A stretch of DNA of 64,000 nucleotides, taken from positions 8,874,954 through 8,938,953 of the forward strand of contig CM120644.1 in the NCBI GenBank assembly GCA_051362555.1, given 5' to 3'. The stretch is from Lingula anatina. Lineage: Eukaryota > Animalia > Brachiopoda. The notes beneath the pieces were generated by a model. The model was not told the origin of the DNA and ran no database searches. It was given only the letters and a program-made list of their open reading frames with translations. The position numbers and the translations under genes are program-made. Each line of letters opens with the position of its first letter. The first letter of the stretch is position 1. Below are positions 42,677 through 54,600 of this stretch, piece after piece.

Positions 42677-43387
42677 TTTAATTAAACATGAGAACATGAA
42701 AAGAGTAAGGAATAAAAAGGAACGTGGGCGTGTCAACAAGTTGCACAATTGACTATATTTGTCACTGAAAATATTTTTTGCAAAACACATATTTCTCCGT
42801 CGTGAATTATGTGTTAAATCTAGGCAACATCATTACCCACTGAATTCAGCCCATTAAGATGATGAAAACGGGAAAAATGGAGTAATATTTTATTTATTTA
42901 TCTATCTATTTACATGTATTTGTAAATTTAACTATTTACATGTTTTTATTTGCTTTTCGGCAATTGACCAACCACTGAAATGGTGAAACTAAACTTTAAT
43001 GAATAATTTGAATTTTCTGAACATAATTATAATTACCAAGCAAGGAAAAAAAACAAAACAATCAATGTAGAAAGACATTTTATCATGCATATATGCTTTA
43101 TCTGATTAAAATGATATCCGTGCTGAAAAATAACATTACTCTTGAATTAATTTGCCTCACCAATCACACTAGCGACACCTGGCGCCAAGCGGGCCGTTAT
43201 ACCCCATAAAAGCATGATAAACTAAATAAAATTTACCACATAAAATGTTACCTTTTCTGCTCTAGGTACATGTAGATTGCAAGTGTCTAGTATATTTCTG
43301 TATATGCCTGTCCCTCTAAACACTTCTGAAAAGAATTAATAGCAATTACAATGCTCCGAAATCAAAACGTCATTCCATTGGAACCAA

Positions 43388-44294
43388 TTATTCATTTGTG
43401 TTTTTCTGGATAGTAATATAACAAGTATCCAACGGAAAGCACCACATTCCCTCACTGTCAAGGTACAGGCCATGTTTATATCCGTCACTTTTCACGTAAT
43501 CCACGCAGAACTGGAGAATACGTTGATCGAACGGGGCTTGGTCTGCACACAAACCATGTAGACATCCGATAGAGACTGCAATTCCAATCTCCTCTAGGGT
43601 CGGTAAAACAACGTGGTGGACTACTTCTTCCTGTTGAAATGAAGCCTTAAACATCGGAAACGACGCATTTAAAACGTCCGCAATACCACCATTAAACAGA
43701 AGTTTTCGCCAGACTTCAAACAGCAACTTGTGATTTTTCGTCTTATGTGGAAATAGAACCTCACAACACTTCAGAGACGCAGCTCCCATTAAACAAAATT
43801 CATTTTTTTCTAACACTATAACCATCTGCCCTCCTGGTTTAAGAATGGTGTACATTGCTGAGATGGCTTGCTTCATATTCTCGTATGGATCAAAGGGATC
43901 TTCGAAGATACTTGTCAGATTATATAGGACGTGTAGTGCTAGCACCCTGTCCTGTAGGAGTTGTGGATAGGCATTCATGACCCTCAAATCTTCTAGAGAA
44001 TGCCCATAGTAGTCTTGAAACGGACCGGAATAGGTAATATCAATACAGGCCTTGTGCGTGTTACCAATCAACTCCTTGTATTTTCTCAGAGAATCCTCGT
44101 GTGGTTCCTCCACGCTGATGATCATTTGCTTATTAAGGACGTCCAGTTTTCTGTAGATGGGCGCCATTGTCTCTCCTGTACCTCCTCCAAAGTCCATGAT
44201 GCGTACTGGTGAAGGTATCTCTGATTGATTGAGTATATCCCACAGTTTAGTTTCTATGCTTTGACCGAAGTTTTTTCTACTGCCGTCATATTTT
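43388..44294 (-). CDS. HNMT-like class I SAM-dependent methyltransferase copy 2, intact 907-nt exon 2 (own exon 1 deleted; probably uses exon 46966-46857)
   Basis: Open frame with motif I RIMDFGGGTG, acidic SVEEP, LALHVLY and LKPGG. Conserved acceptor ctacttccAG at 44295. Confidence 0.8.
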
Positions 44295-45848
44295 CTGGAA
44301 GTAGATACGACACTCAAATTACATGTAGAAGCACACACTCTAACACAACTTTACCTGTAGACTTTTTTGTTTACAAAATTTTAGTAAACATTCCTATCCA
44401 ATTTCATACTAGTAAATCCGAACTTTTCGATCGTTTTATTCCAAGAGTGACAATATCATTTTTGCAACATACATTGTTATCTGTCATTTGATATTGCTTT
44501 GGATTCTGAATTAACTTATGGATATATGTCAACCTTCTCCCAAAACTCCTTATTTACAGCCTTACATATATTCTTTTAAGTAATAGAAAATCTTCAGTGT
44601 TCAGTGACTAAATTAATTAACATTTAATGGCCATAATGAAGATTTTGGGGTAAAAACTGAAAAATCGGTTTTCTCAAATTTCTCTTTCATGAACACCGTT
44701 TTTAGTACTCCAAAAACCCTGCCAGCGATTTTTCTTAAAATTCTTAGTTCAGATTTTATCGTTGATAAAGCAAAATGCCTTTTCTTAATGAAAATCTTTA
44801 ATAAGGGGCTCATAACTCCATAACAAAAGCATATAAATCAGAACGACGGCACGGGATTGAAGACTATGCTCTCCTGGACAACGCTGTCAATTTTCGTGAT
44901 AAAATATTGTTCAGGGATGAAGTTACGCCCCAAACCGATTGAAAATGTAAATGAAAATGGTTTGCTGGTAGACTAAAAAGCTCCACATTTGGCTTTTAAT
45001 TAATTTATTTATAATTGTCCTTGACACATTTTATTCAAGAAAATTGAATAAATCTGTAAAGATAATATTTTTTGTGAATTTATGTATAATAAAATCATGA
45101 TTTCCGTTTGGAATAAACATATTTTTCAATGTGCATGTAACAGCCTTATTGTATTTTCTCTGTCACGTAGCGTGTAGCATATAGAGCATTGAAAATGCTA
45201 AGGCACTTATACGATGGGAAATCGTGCGTGAACGTAGGAGTCATTTTAACCTACGCCGTCTGCTCTATAAATTGAGGGTTCATCGTTTACTGCGATGATG
45301 ATGCTCTATCGAAAACTTTTTGGAACTCAATCAATGTATCGTGGTATTTGAAAAAATAGTTTAAGGGGTCAAATATGTGACCTCCAGCCTATAAAACATG
45401 ATTATTTGGAAAGAAATCTTACCGAATATATGACAATTTCGGTAGCTATGAGTATTTTTTAATTAAATTCACATTTTTTCCGTTATTTAATTTGTCTAAA
45501 TTAAAGTTTTCATATGTTTCATATGAAATGTTAATTAAAATCGATAAAAAATTACAACGTTAAGTAAAATTTCATTCCCTTTGCATACATGTATCTTAAT
45601 AAAAATATATAACAGCAAAATAAACTGAATAAAGATTTTTCCATCATATATGGAGTGTGTCTTTTCCTGTCCTGCGTATATGGTCTAAATAAGTCTAAAA
45701 AACAAGTCAACTAACGTTCTTCAACTTGAATTATCGTTTGTGAATTTGTGTAACTGTCTGTATCAATAAATGTTTCGAAATGTATTTATTGCAATGGTTT
45801 GCGTGCATGGACAACGCTCCAAATATCAAACCTTTATTCCATTTGAAC

Positions 45849-46256
45849 TTATAACCCATTTGTGTCTTTTTAGATAGTAATATAACAAGTATTTACTGGA
45901 AGGTACCTCAGTCCCTCACTATTATGATAAATTTCATACTTGTATGCGTTACTCTTCATGTAATCCATGCAGATCTGAGCAACACGTTGGTCAAGCGGGG
46001 TTTGATCTGCACATCGCCAATTTACACAACATATATAGAGACAGCGATTCCAACCTCTCCCGAAGTCGACAAAACGATGTGGCAGACAACTTCTTTCTGC
46101 TGGAATGTAGCCTTGAGCATCGGAAACAACACATTTATCATGTCCACAATACCGTCGTTGAATAGAAAATTTTTCCAGACTTCAAAGAGCATTTTTTTTA
46201 TTTTCTGTCTTATGTGAAAACATAACCTCGGTACTCTTCAGAGATGCGGCTTCAAT
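45849..46256 (-). pseudogene. HNMT-like methyltransferase copy 3, 3' fragment of exon 2 (divergent subtype)
   Basis: Homologous to the C-terminal half (QQKEVVCHIVL...). The 5' half and splice acceptor are deleted at ~46257-46295; frameshifted. Confidence 0.8.
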
Positions 46257-46856
46257 TGTATCAACTTTCTTACCCAACTATGTCCCAGATAAGGAAAAGA
46301 AAGTAAATACTAGTAAATTTGAACTCCTCTGTCGTTTTATTCCAAGACGATGTGTGTCAATATTAATTATATTCAACAAAATATGGTTATCTGTCACTTG
46401 ATATTGCTATGGGTTATGGTGATTTACTCTGAATTTTTACGTCTACGCTTTGCTTTTAAATTGACAATTTAACGTACATTATAATGAGTCAAATTATAGT
46501 AACAACTACATGCAGAAAAAATGAGAGAACGCTGTATTGTCTGTCTGTGAGATTTTCATATAATATTTATATATTAATTAATTAACTCATATCAATAAAT
46601 CAATAAATAAATGATAAATCAATTAATCACTACCAAATTCTAGCTAGCCCATGTCATGCCTATCCTGAAAATTTTATCAATATCTTCCCATAACTTTTTG
46701 GATTATGTTGCTAACAAACAACCAAACTAATAATCAACCTATAATTAATCGACCACATACCAAAATCTTATCGTTTGTCACTATGTTCTCCCCGAACAGT
46801 TTGAATTTTCCTATAAGTTTACCTTCTATATATTAATCAATAAGTCAATAACTTAC

Positions 46857-46966
46857 CCTTTGCGTAAGGAAAGATACATTTTGTAGTAGGCCTGTGAGAA
46901 AGTAATAGAGCTGAATTCCTGCAGAAGTGCATGCCGCATCTCGTCCTCTTCATGAGATTGACTCAT
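46857..46966 (-). CDS. HNMT-like methyltransferase exon 1 (intact, orphaned from copy 3)
   Basis: aaaaATG; MSQSHEEDEMRHALLQEFSSITFSQAYYKMYLSLRKG; donor GG|GTaagt; 110 nt, phase 2, same as the intact copy at 53833-53724. Confidence 0.7.
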
Positions 46967-47507
46967 TTTTGTGGTGCAGCCACGTAAAATTAAATCAGCC
47001 CAAAACTCAAATCTTGTTTTCACAACTAACTCCAGAATCTTAGTGACACAACTTCTTTCTGCTGGAATGTAGCCTTGAACATGGGAAACGACACATTTAT
47101 CATGTCTACAATGCGACTTTCTAACTTGATACTGTCATCGACGACATTATATTTAAAGGTAAAACATACTTATACATGCAAATACGGGTATTTCGAGTGG
47201 AAACAGGCTGAAATAAATGAATACTGGTTTACCGGTAGACTAAAAACTTTACATTTGGCAATTCAATAATTTATTTGTCATTATATTTGGAATTTTGTAT
47301 TCAAGCATATTCAGTAAATCTGAAAAGATATTATTTTTTGTGAATTTATATATAATAAAATCATAATTTCTGTTTGGAATAAACATACTTTTCACTGTAA
47401 CAGCCTTATTATTTTACCCAGTCACGTACATGTGGCATATAGACCATTAAAGATGCTTAGGCACTTATATTGTGGGAAATCGTGCGTGAACGTAGATGTC
47501 TTTTTAA

Positions 47508-49454
47508 AGGTTTTGCGTCATACCGTCGGAAAGGGGCATATTCTTCAGAAAACATGCCCAACTAACGGTATTTTTATCCAAATACACGAAGTAAAAGCTC
47601 ATTTTGTACATTTTGGACTCTAAAAAACGTCCTTTTTGCTTAGCCTGCGAGTTAATGAGCTACGTGGTCACGTGGTCTGATGACGACAATCGTGCCAGGC
47701 GGAGCTGTCAAACTCAGCTGTATTGTCTGCCTGTGAGATGACCTTTCTGGCTTCTGATAAAAGTTTATACTCATTCAAATCTCATACCCGAGGGGTCTAA
47801 ATCCTCGTGAAGCTGTGTAAAACCATTTCCCGTCTATTCAATTCTTTAACAAGCATTAATTATGGTTATCCCAAGTTGTATAAAACACTGCATTTGAATG
47901 ACTTAAGGGTACTGTTGGTTATTCCATATAAGGTCCATGTTATTTGTGAAATTCAATTTATTTTATTAAACCGCTGACACCCCGTCTTGCATTATTTTAT
48001 TAAACTGAGGTAAACAATGCCTGATACCTTTGCAAGTCCTATCTTAATCATCCATCTAACTTGAACTTCCTTTACCTTCTAATTGGAGATTTAAATGGCA
48101 TTCAATTCTCCTGTAGCATTTGTCTTGCGAGTATCGAACGCACTCTCGCTGGCGATATTTATCTCAGGTAAAAATCTACCTGTGCGCTAGTTTCAAAGAG
48201 CAGCACCCGCAGTCCTGGGGGTACTAGATAAAATCTGAACACCAGGTTTATTGAGGAGCTTGAGAAACAAAGGAAGATTTTGGTGCAATAGCCCTTTACT
48301 CTTTGTGGGTATTTCCCCCGTCAAAGTTTGTCTAAAATTATCTTTCAATCTTTACGCTTTCGAGGACAGTATTAAGTTATCTGACATATTTTCGTGAAAA
48401 CTTAATGACAAGCCAAGTGTCTCCAGTTCATTCCGTACTCAATTTTACTCAAGCAATTTTTTTCTTGAGTAGATCTTTATAGCACGCTGTTATAATACAA
48501 TTTTCCGAAAAGGGTCGGAAACAAATCCTCAGATCATAAACAAATTAGGATTACGAACCATTTTATTACAGCAGTTTCCATTTTTTTAAATATACCGCTC
48601 TTTTTCCTGTTTTTCCTCAACACGTTTTCTTCCACGGAAGTAATGCCTGGGCATACGCATGCTTCAAGATAGGAGCAATTGTTATTATTAATGTTCGCGA
48701 CCGTGTTTGAACTCAATTGTTTAAATATTGATATTGAACGTCATTTACAAATATCAATAAAATAACCCCATGAAATAAAAGAGATATATTGAAAAATATG
48801 AAAGCCCACCAAGAAGAGTTTGATACCTGTTATTACCTGGCTTGGGAAATGCAGCGGTGCATAATTAACAGGTTATATTGTTAACGAGCTCTTGGTCAAC
48901 TACAATGCATTTAAAATCCATCAGCAATTAGTAAGCTTGCTAGCTGATGACAGTTAATCTGAAAGACTATCAGCTTTTGATATGATCTAAACAACCTGAT
49001 GTGACCATGATCTCGAGCCTTGCAACTAATGTCACCGAAGTTAGTAAGTATATCACGGAAGACCGTCACAGACAAAGAAAAGATTGTCAACAAGTGCTGC
49101 AATGTTGGTGAATCCCACGGCAACACATTGAGGCATAACGAAAATTGCTCAACTCCGTTCAACACAATTTTCCTAAACTATTCTGTCTGTATGCACCATG
49201 CAGCTCATGTAAGTCTCATACACCTTTATCCTCATTGTCGTCACAGTACCACGTGACCCAGATCTGTTGCTTCATTTATGCATATTGGGGTGAGGTTTAC
49301 TAAAACGCTTTTTTTTTTTCTAGTAATAGATTGTTTTTATAATTTTTAAATGGCGGGGAGCGATTAGAATATACCTCTAGTGTATAGATTGTGTGCTGAA
49401 TCTTCAAAATTCAGCACACAATTCAGAAATGGATTTTTACGTGTCTAATATCCT
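47508..49454. mobile_element. TTAA-targeting (Kolobok-like) non-autonomous DNA element
   Basis: TTAA|AGG...CCT|TTAA termini. Inner inverted motif ggtcacgtgg...gacgacaat (47666-47690) versus attgtcg...ccacgtgacc (49233-49258). Host homology resumes exactly at both TTAA. Confidence 0.6.
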
Positions 49455-50200
49455 TTAAACATCGGAAACGACGCACTTAAAACGTCCGCAATACCACCAT
49501 TAAACTGAAATTTTCGCCAGACTTCAAATAGCAACTTGTGATTTTTCGTCTTATGTGGAAGAGCCTCAGGTCACTTTAGAGAAGCTGCTCCAATCAAATA
49601 ATTTTTTTTTGTTTATCTAACACTATAACCATCTGCCCTCCTGGTTTAAGAATGGCAAACATTGCAGAGATGGCTTGTTTCATATCCTCGTATGGATCAA
49701 AGGGATCATCGAAGATACTTGTAAGATTGTACAGAACATGCACTGCTAACACCCTGCCCTGCAACTGTTGTGGATAGGCTTTCATTGCCCTCAAATCTTC
49801 TACAGAATACCCACGGTCCTACTATTTAGCGGAATAAAAAAAAAAATAAATAAAAAATAAAAAATAAAAAAAAAAAATTAGCGGAATCAAACGGAATCAA
49901 GCGAAATCAATAATAAAAACCTAGCTATTTTAAAAATATCTTTAAGCTTGTTTCAATCAGTTTATAGCTTCTAAATTTACCTGATGCTAGTCACACTGAA
50001 AAATTGTTATTTTGTATAAGTTTGGAATCAAAAATAGATGCGACTTGAGTTGACCCAGATATCCTGTGAGTTGTCTCAACTAGACAACATCGGGATATCG
50101 GGATATCAAGGTTTTTAATTGTAAGTCAATAAATTACCATTTGCAGTTACTAGTGAGAAAGTGATACATTTAAATTCCTGCAGAGGTTCATACCGCATCT
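49455..50200 (-). pseudogene. HNMT-like methyltransferase copy 4, internal fragment (49455-49812) plus truncated exon 1 (~50153-50200)
   Basis: MRAMKAYPQQLQGRVLAVHVLYNLTSIFDDPFDP...LKPGG and MRYEPLQEFKCITFS; frameshifted and truncated. Confidence 0.85.
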
Positions 50201-51196
50201 TGTCCTCTTCATGAGATCCACCCAGTTTTAGGAAAGATTCAGCCACGAAAAATAAAATCAGCCCAAAACTCGGCCATCCTATTTTCACAAGTAACTGCAC
50301 AGGTCTTGGTGACGCCAGTGACCCTCTACCTTGATACTGCCATCGACAACATAAAATGCACCTATATGCAAATACTGGTAGTTCGAGTGGTAACAGGTTA
50401 AAGTAAATGAATACTGGTTTGCCGGTAGACTTAAAAGCTATACATTTGGCTTGTAATCAATTTATTTATAATTATCTTTGAAACATTTCATTCCACTGAA
50501 CCACTACAAAATATATCGGAACGCGGCATAAAAATTAAAATGACTCGGAAAATACATGTACGTTACCGTACGTTTTTCGAACATACGTTACCATTTCGGG
50601 CTCTTTGCGAAATGTAAAAGACATGGTAAAATTAAAATTTGTTATATGCACATGCATGTTTTAGAAAATTGAATACAACTTGGAATTCATTCAATTTTAT
50701 CTTTTGACACTGTGAAATGCACCTCTATAATGGGTTTGGGTGTATATCGTGTTATTTTCTGTACTGCTCTCTTTGCTAGAGAATCACGACTGATGTAAAG
50801 TTTTGTTATAATTTTATCGACAAATATGCGTTTGGTATTGTATGGTTATGAGTATCACGTTTGTTTTTAGAAAATAATCATCTATTTTTTTATATTAAGT
50901 TTGATGTTAATACATTTCACATCTTTTCAAAATTGGGTTCTGACGTTATAACCTAAATGAGCAAAACATTTTGTCTCAAATTGTAAAGTATTTTTGGTGT
51001 ATTTACAAGCCAAAGGATATTTAATAGATGTAAGGTTATATTTATCTAGGTTTAATTTTCATGTAGCATTCATGATTAGGGCCCTATTTCCATCACCAAA
51101 GCATTAATCCAGCTGGGTGCACCTGTCCATGAAACATTAAATGGAAAAGTGAAGAGTTATGCTGTAGTTAAATATACGCCATCCAGTCGAACAGTT

Positions 51197-51242
<46 letters not shown>

Positions 51243-52092
51243 GGCCTAATAATAATTAATAATAACTTTTTAAAATAAGATATAATGAAAACATGTAAAT
51301 TTTAAGGAATAAAAAGGGACGTGGGCTTATCAACAGATTGCACTATCGACTACATTTGTCGCTGAAAATATTTTTTGCAAAACACATATTTCTCCGTCAT
51401 GAATAACATTACCCACGGAATCCAACCCATTAAGATGATGAAAACAGGAAAACGGAGTAATATTTTATTTGTATACTACTTTTATCTAGTTATTTGTAAA
51501 TATATTTATTTATTTATTTGCTTGTTCTTTATGATGATGATCATCCAGCAAAATTAATTTCTGAAGCCTATTTCAGTTAAAATACTAACATATTTCGGCA
51601 ATTGACCTACCAATGAAATTGTGAAACTAAACTTTAATTAATAGATTATTTCAAATTTTCTGCACTTAATTATAATTACAAACCAAAAAAAAAAATTAAT
51701 TAAGAATAAAAATAAATAAATACATAAATAAATAAATAATAAAACAGTTTATGTAAAAGGACTTTTTATTATGCATACATGCTTTATTTGATAAAAATGA
51801 AACCCGTGCTGAAAAAAAATAACATTACTCTTGAATTAATTTGCCTCACCAATCAATAAAAGCATGATAAATTAAATACAGTGTTAGCTTTTCTGCTCTT
51901 GGTACATGTATATTGTAAGTGTAAATAAGAAAAAATAATAATAGATCATAAATAATAAAACTTTCGCTAACGTCAATTATCGTTTGTCTGTCTAGCATAT
52001 GTTTGTATATGCCTCTCCCTCAAAACACTTCTGAAAAGAATTAATAGCAGTGACAATGCTCTAAAATCAAAACGTTATTCCATTGGAACAAA

Positions 52093-53833
52093 TTATTCAT
52101 TTCTGTTTTTCTGGATAGTAATATAATAGGTATTCACTGGAAAGCACCACATTCCCTCGCTATCAAGGTACAGGCCATGTTTATATCCGTCACTTTTCAC
52201 GTAATCCACGCAGAACTGGAGAATACGTTGATCAAACGGGGATTGGTCTTCACATAAACCAAGTAGACATCCGATAGAGACTGCACTTCCAATCTCCGCT
52301 CGGGTCGGCAAAACAACGTGGTGGACTACTTCTTCCTGTTGAACTGAAGCCTTAAACATCGGAAACGACACATTTAAAACATCTGCAATATCACCATTAA
52401 AAAGAAGTTTTCGCCAGACTTCAAAGAGCAACTTGTGATTTTTTGTCTTATGTGGAAATAGAACCTCAGAACACTTCAGAGACGTGACTCCAATTAAACA
52501 AAATTCATTTTTATCTAACACTATAACCATCTGCCCTCCTGGTTTAAGAATGGTGTACATTGCTGAGATGGCTTTCTTCATATTCTCGTATGGATCAAAG
52601 GGATCATCAAAGATACTTGTAAGATGATATAGGACGTGCACTGCTAGTACCCTGTCCTGTAGGTGTTGTGGATAGGCTTTCATGGCCCTCAAATCTTCTA
52701 CAGAATCTCCATAGTAGTCTTGAAATGGCCTGGAACAAGTAATATCAATGGATGCGTTGCTCATATTCTCAATTAACTCCTTATATTTTCTCAGAGAATC
52801 CTCGTGTGGTTCCTCCACGCTGATGATCATTTGCTTATTAAGGACGTTCAGTTTTCTGTAGATGGACGCCATTGTTTCTCCATCACCTCCTCCAAAGTCC
52901 ATGATGCGTACTGGTGAAGGAATCTCCGACTGATTAAGTATGTCCCACACTTTAGTTTCTATGCTTTGACCGAGGAATTTTCTACTGCCTTCATATTTAC
53001 TGGAAGTAGATAAGGCACACAGATATACAAACACACACACGACCACAACTTTAAGTATAGACTCATTTTGTTTACAAAAAATGTGAGTAAACATTAATTT
53101 CCATCCAACTTGATACTCTTAAATTTGAACTCTTGGATCGTTTCATTCCAAGAGTGTCCAATAAATTTTGCAACATACATTGGTTATCTGTCATTTGATA
53201 TTGCTATGGGTTATTGTTTTAATTTTTACATCTACACTTTGCTTTTAAATAGGCAATTTTACGTACGTGCAAAATGAGTCAAATTATAGTGACGACTACA
53301 TGTAGAAAAAAAATTAGAGAATGCAGAACACACCGAGGCAGCTCAATTTTAATTACTATTATATATTACTTAATTATACTTCATTTATCACCTCCTTTTT
53401 CATTTATTATTAATATAAATTAACTAATTAACTCATATCAATCAGTCAATAAATAAATGATAAATCACTTAATTGCTATCATATTCTGGCCCATGTCATA
53501 ACTCTCCTGAAAATTCCATCAAAATCCCTCCATAACTTTTTCCATCATGTTGATAACAGAAAAACGGAGTAATAATCAACTAATAACTAACCATTTAATA
53601 ATCAATTAATGGACCACCACTAAAATCTTACTGTTTGTCACTAGGTCCTCTCACAAGAGTTCCTGAAATTTTCATCTAATGTTACCTTAACGTCATATTT
53701 TAAGCAATAAGTCAATAACCTACCCTTTGAGTAAGGTAAAATGAATTTTGTAGTAGGCCTGTGAAAAGGTAATAGATCTGAATTCCTGCAGACGTTCATG
53801 CCGTACCTCGTCCTCTTTATGAGATTCATTCAT
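52093..53833 (-). CDS. HNMT-like class I SAM-dependent methyltransferase copy 5, intact two-exon gene (53833-53724, 52999-52093), 338 aa
   Basis: aaaaATG MNESHKEDEVRHERLQEFRSITFSQAYYKIHFTLLKG, GG|GTaggt...ctacttccAG|T, then KYEGSRKFLGQS...RIMDFGGGDG...SVEEP...AVHVLYH...LKPGG...IQKNRNE*. Phases match; motif order resembles histamine N-methyltransferase. Confidence 0.88.
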
Positions 53834-54068
53834 TTTTAACAAAGGTGCCACGTAAAATAAAATCAGCCCAAAACTCGACGATCCTGTTTTCACAACCAGC
53901 GGTCTTTGTACATGTAACATCATGCAGTGACCTTCTGCCTTGATACTGACATCAAGAATGTGATACAAAGGTTAAACACTCTTTATGCAAATACTGGTAT
54001 TTCGCATGGTAAAAGATGCAAACGACCACAATTAACCACAAACGACCACAAGCAAAAATGGTTGGGAA

Positions 54069-54072
<4 letters not shown>

Positions 54073-54134
<62 letters not shown>
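54073..54134. repeat. (TA)n microsatellite
   Basis: Direct reading; abuts the Penelope-like remnant. Confidence 0.95.
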
Positions 54135-54138
<4 letters not shown>

Positions 54139-54139
54139 A

Positions 54140-54600
54140 AAAAAAGAACAGCAGCTATTTTGCCCCGACCGGTTTCATTGCATCTTCAGGGGGGTTATTT
54201 TGGTTACTATATGATGTCATAAAAGCTCAATGTGATGTCTCTAACAATGGGTATTTGATTGTTGCTTTTACCAATGCTGTTACCTGTTTGATGTATGTTT
54301 ATACTTATTAATAAATAGGTTTTCTTTAATTTCCCTTTCTGTTTAGGTTGTTTCCCCAGTGAATTTATAAAATGGGAATACCGTAAAGTCCTTGTTTTTG
54401 TTCATAGAGCATTCCCTAATGTGCCCACTCACAGACGTGCACTGATATTTAGGTTGTCTTATTTGTTGTCTGTGAACGGTCATTCTATGTCGGAGAGTGT
54501 CTCCGGTTTGTCCTATATAGTTCTCACCGCATCCACTGCAAGTTAATACTTAAATTAAATTTGAGCTAGTGCAGGTGAATAGGTGTTTAATTCTATTAAA
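54140..54600 (-). mobile_element. Penelope-like retroelement 3' remnant (GIY-YIG endonuclease, pseudogenised)
   Basis: Minus-strand translation ~54595-54280: FTCTSSNLI*VLTCSGCGENYIGQTGDTLRHRMTVHRQQI...VSGHIREC...EREIKENLFINKY, with two in-frame stops. Confidence 0.85.
54163..54194 (-). ncRNA. Minimal type I hammerhead ribozyme motif (Penelope-associated)
   Basis: Minus strand CCCCC-CUGAAGA-UGCAAU-GAAA-CCGG-UC-GGGG: both core boxes, palindromic ACCGGU helix III and C/G stem I are present; stem II is rudimentary. Confidence 0.65.

Noticed and set aside
53000-53094. ORF-track N-termini of the methyltransferases (53094, 44338, 62177) as true starts of intronless genes
   Set aside because: These extensions are poorly conserved between copies and lie upstream of a conserved ctacttccAG acceptor; a phase-compatible upstream exon exists.
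53834-53968. N-terminal signal anchor (SFGLILFYVAPLL) making the methyltransferase secreted or membrane-bound
   Set aside because: The equivalent stretch is frameshifted or contains stops in the 37.9-kb and 47.0-kb copies, while aaaaATG at 53833/46966 is a good shared start. It is most likely 5' UTR.
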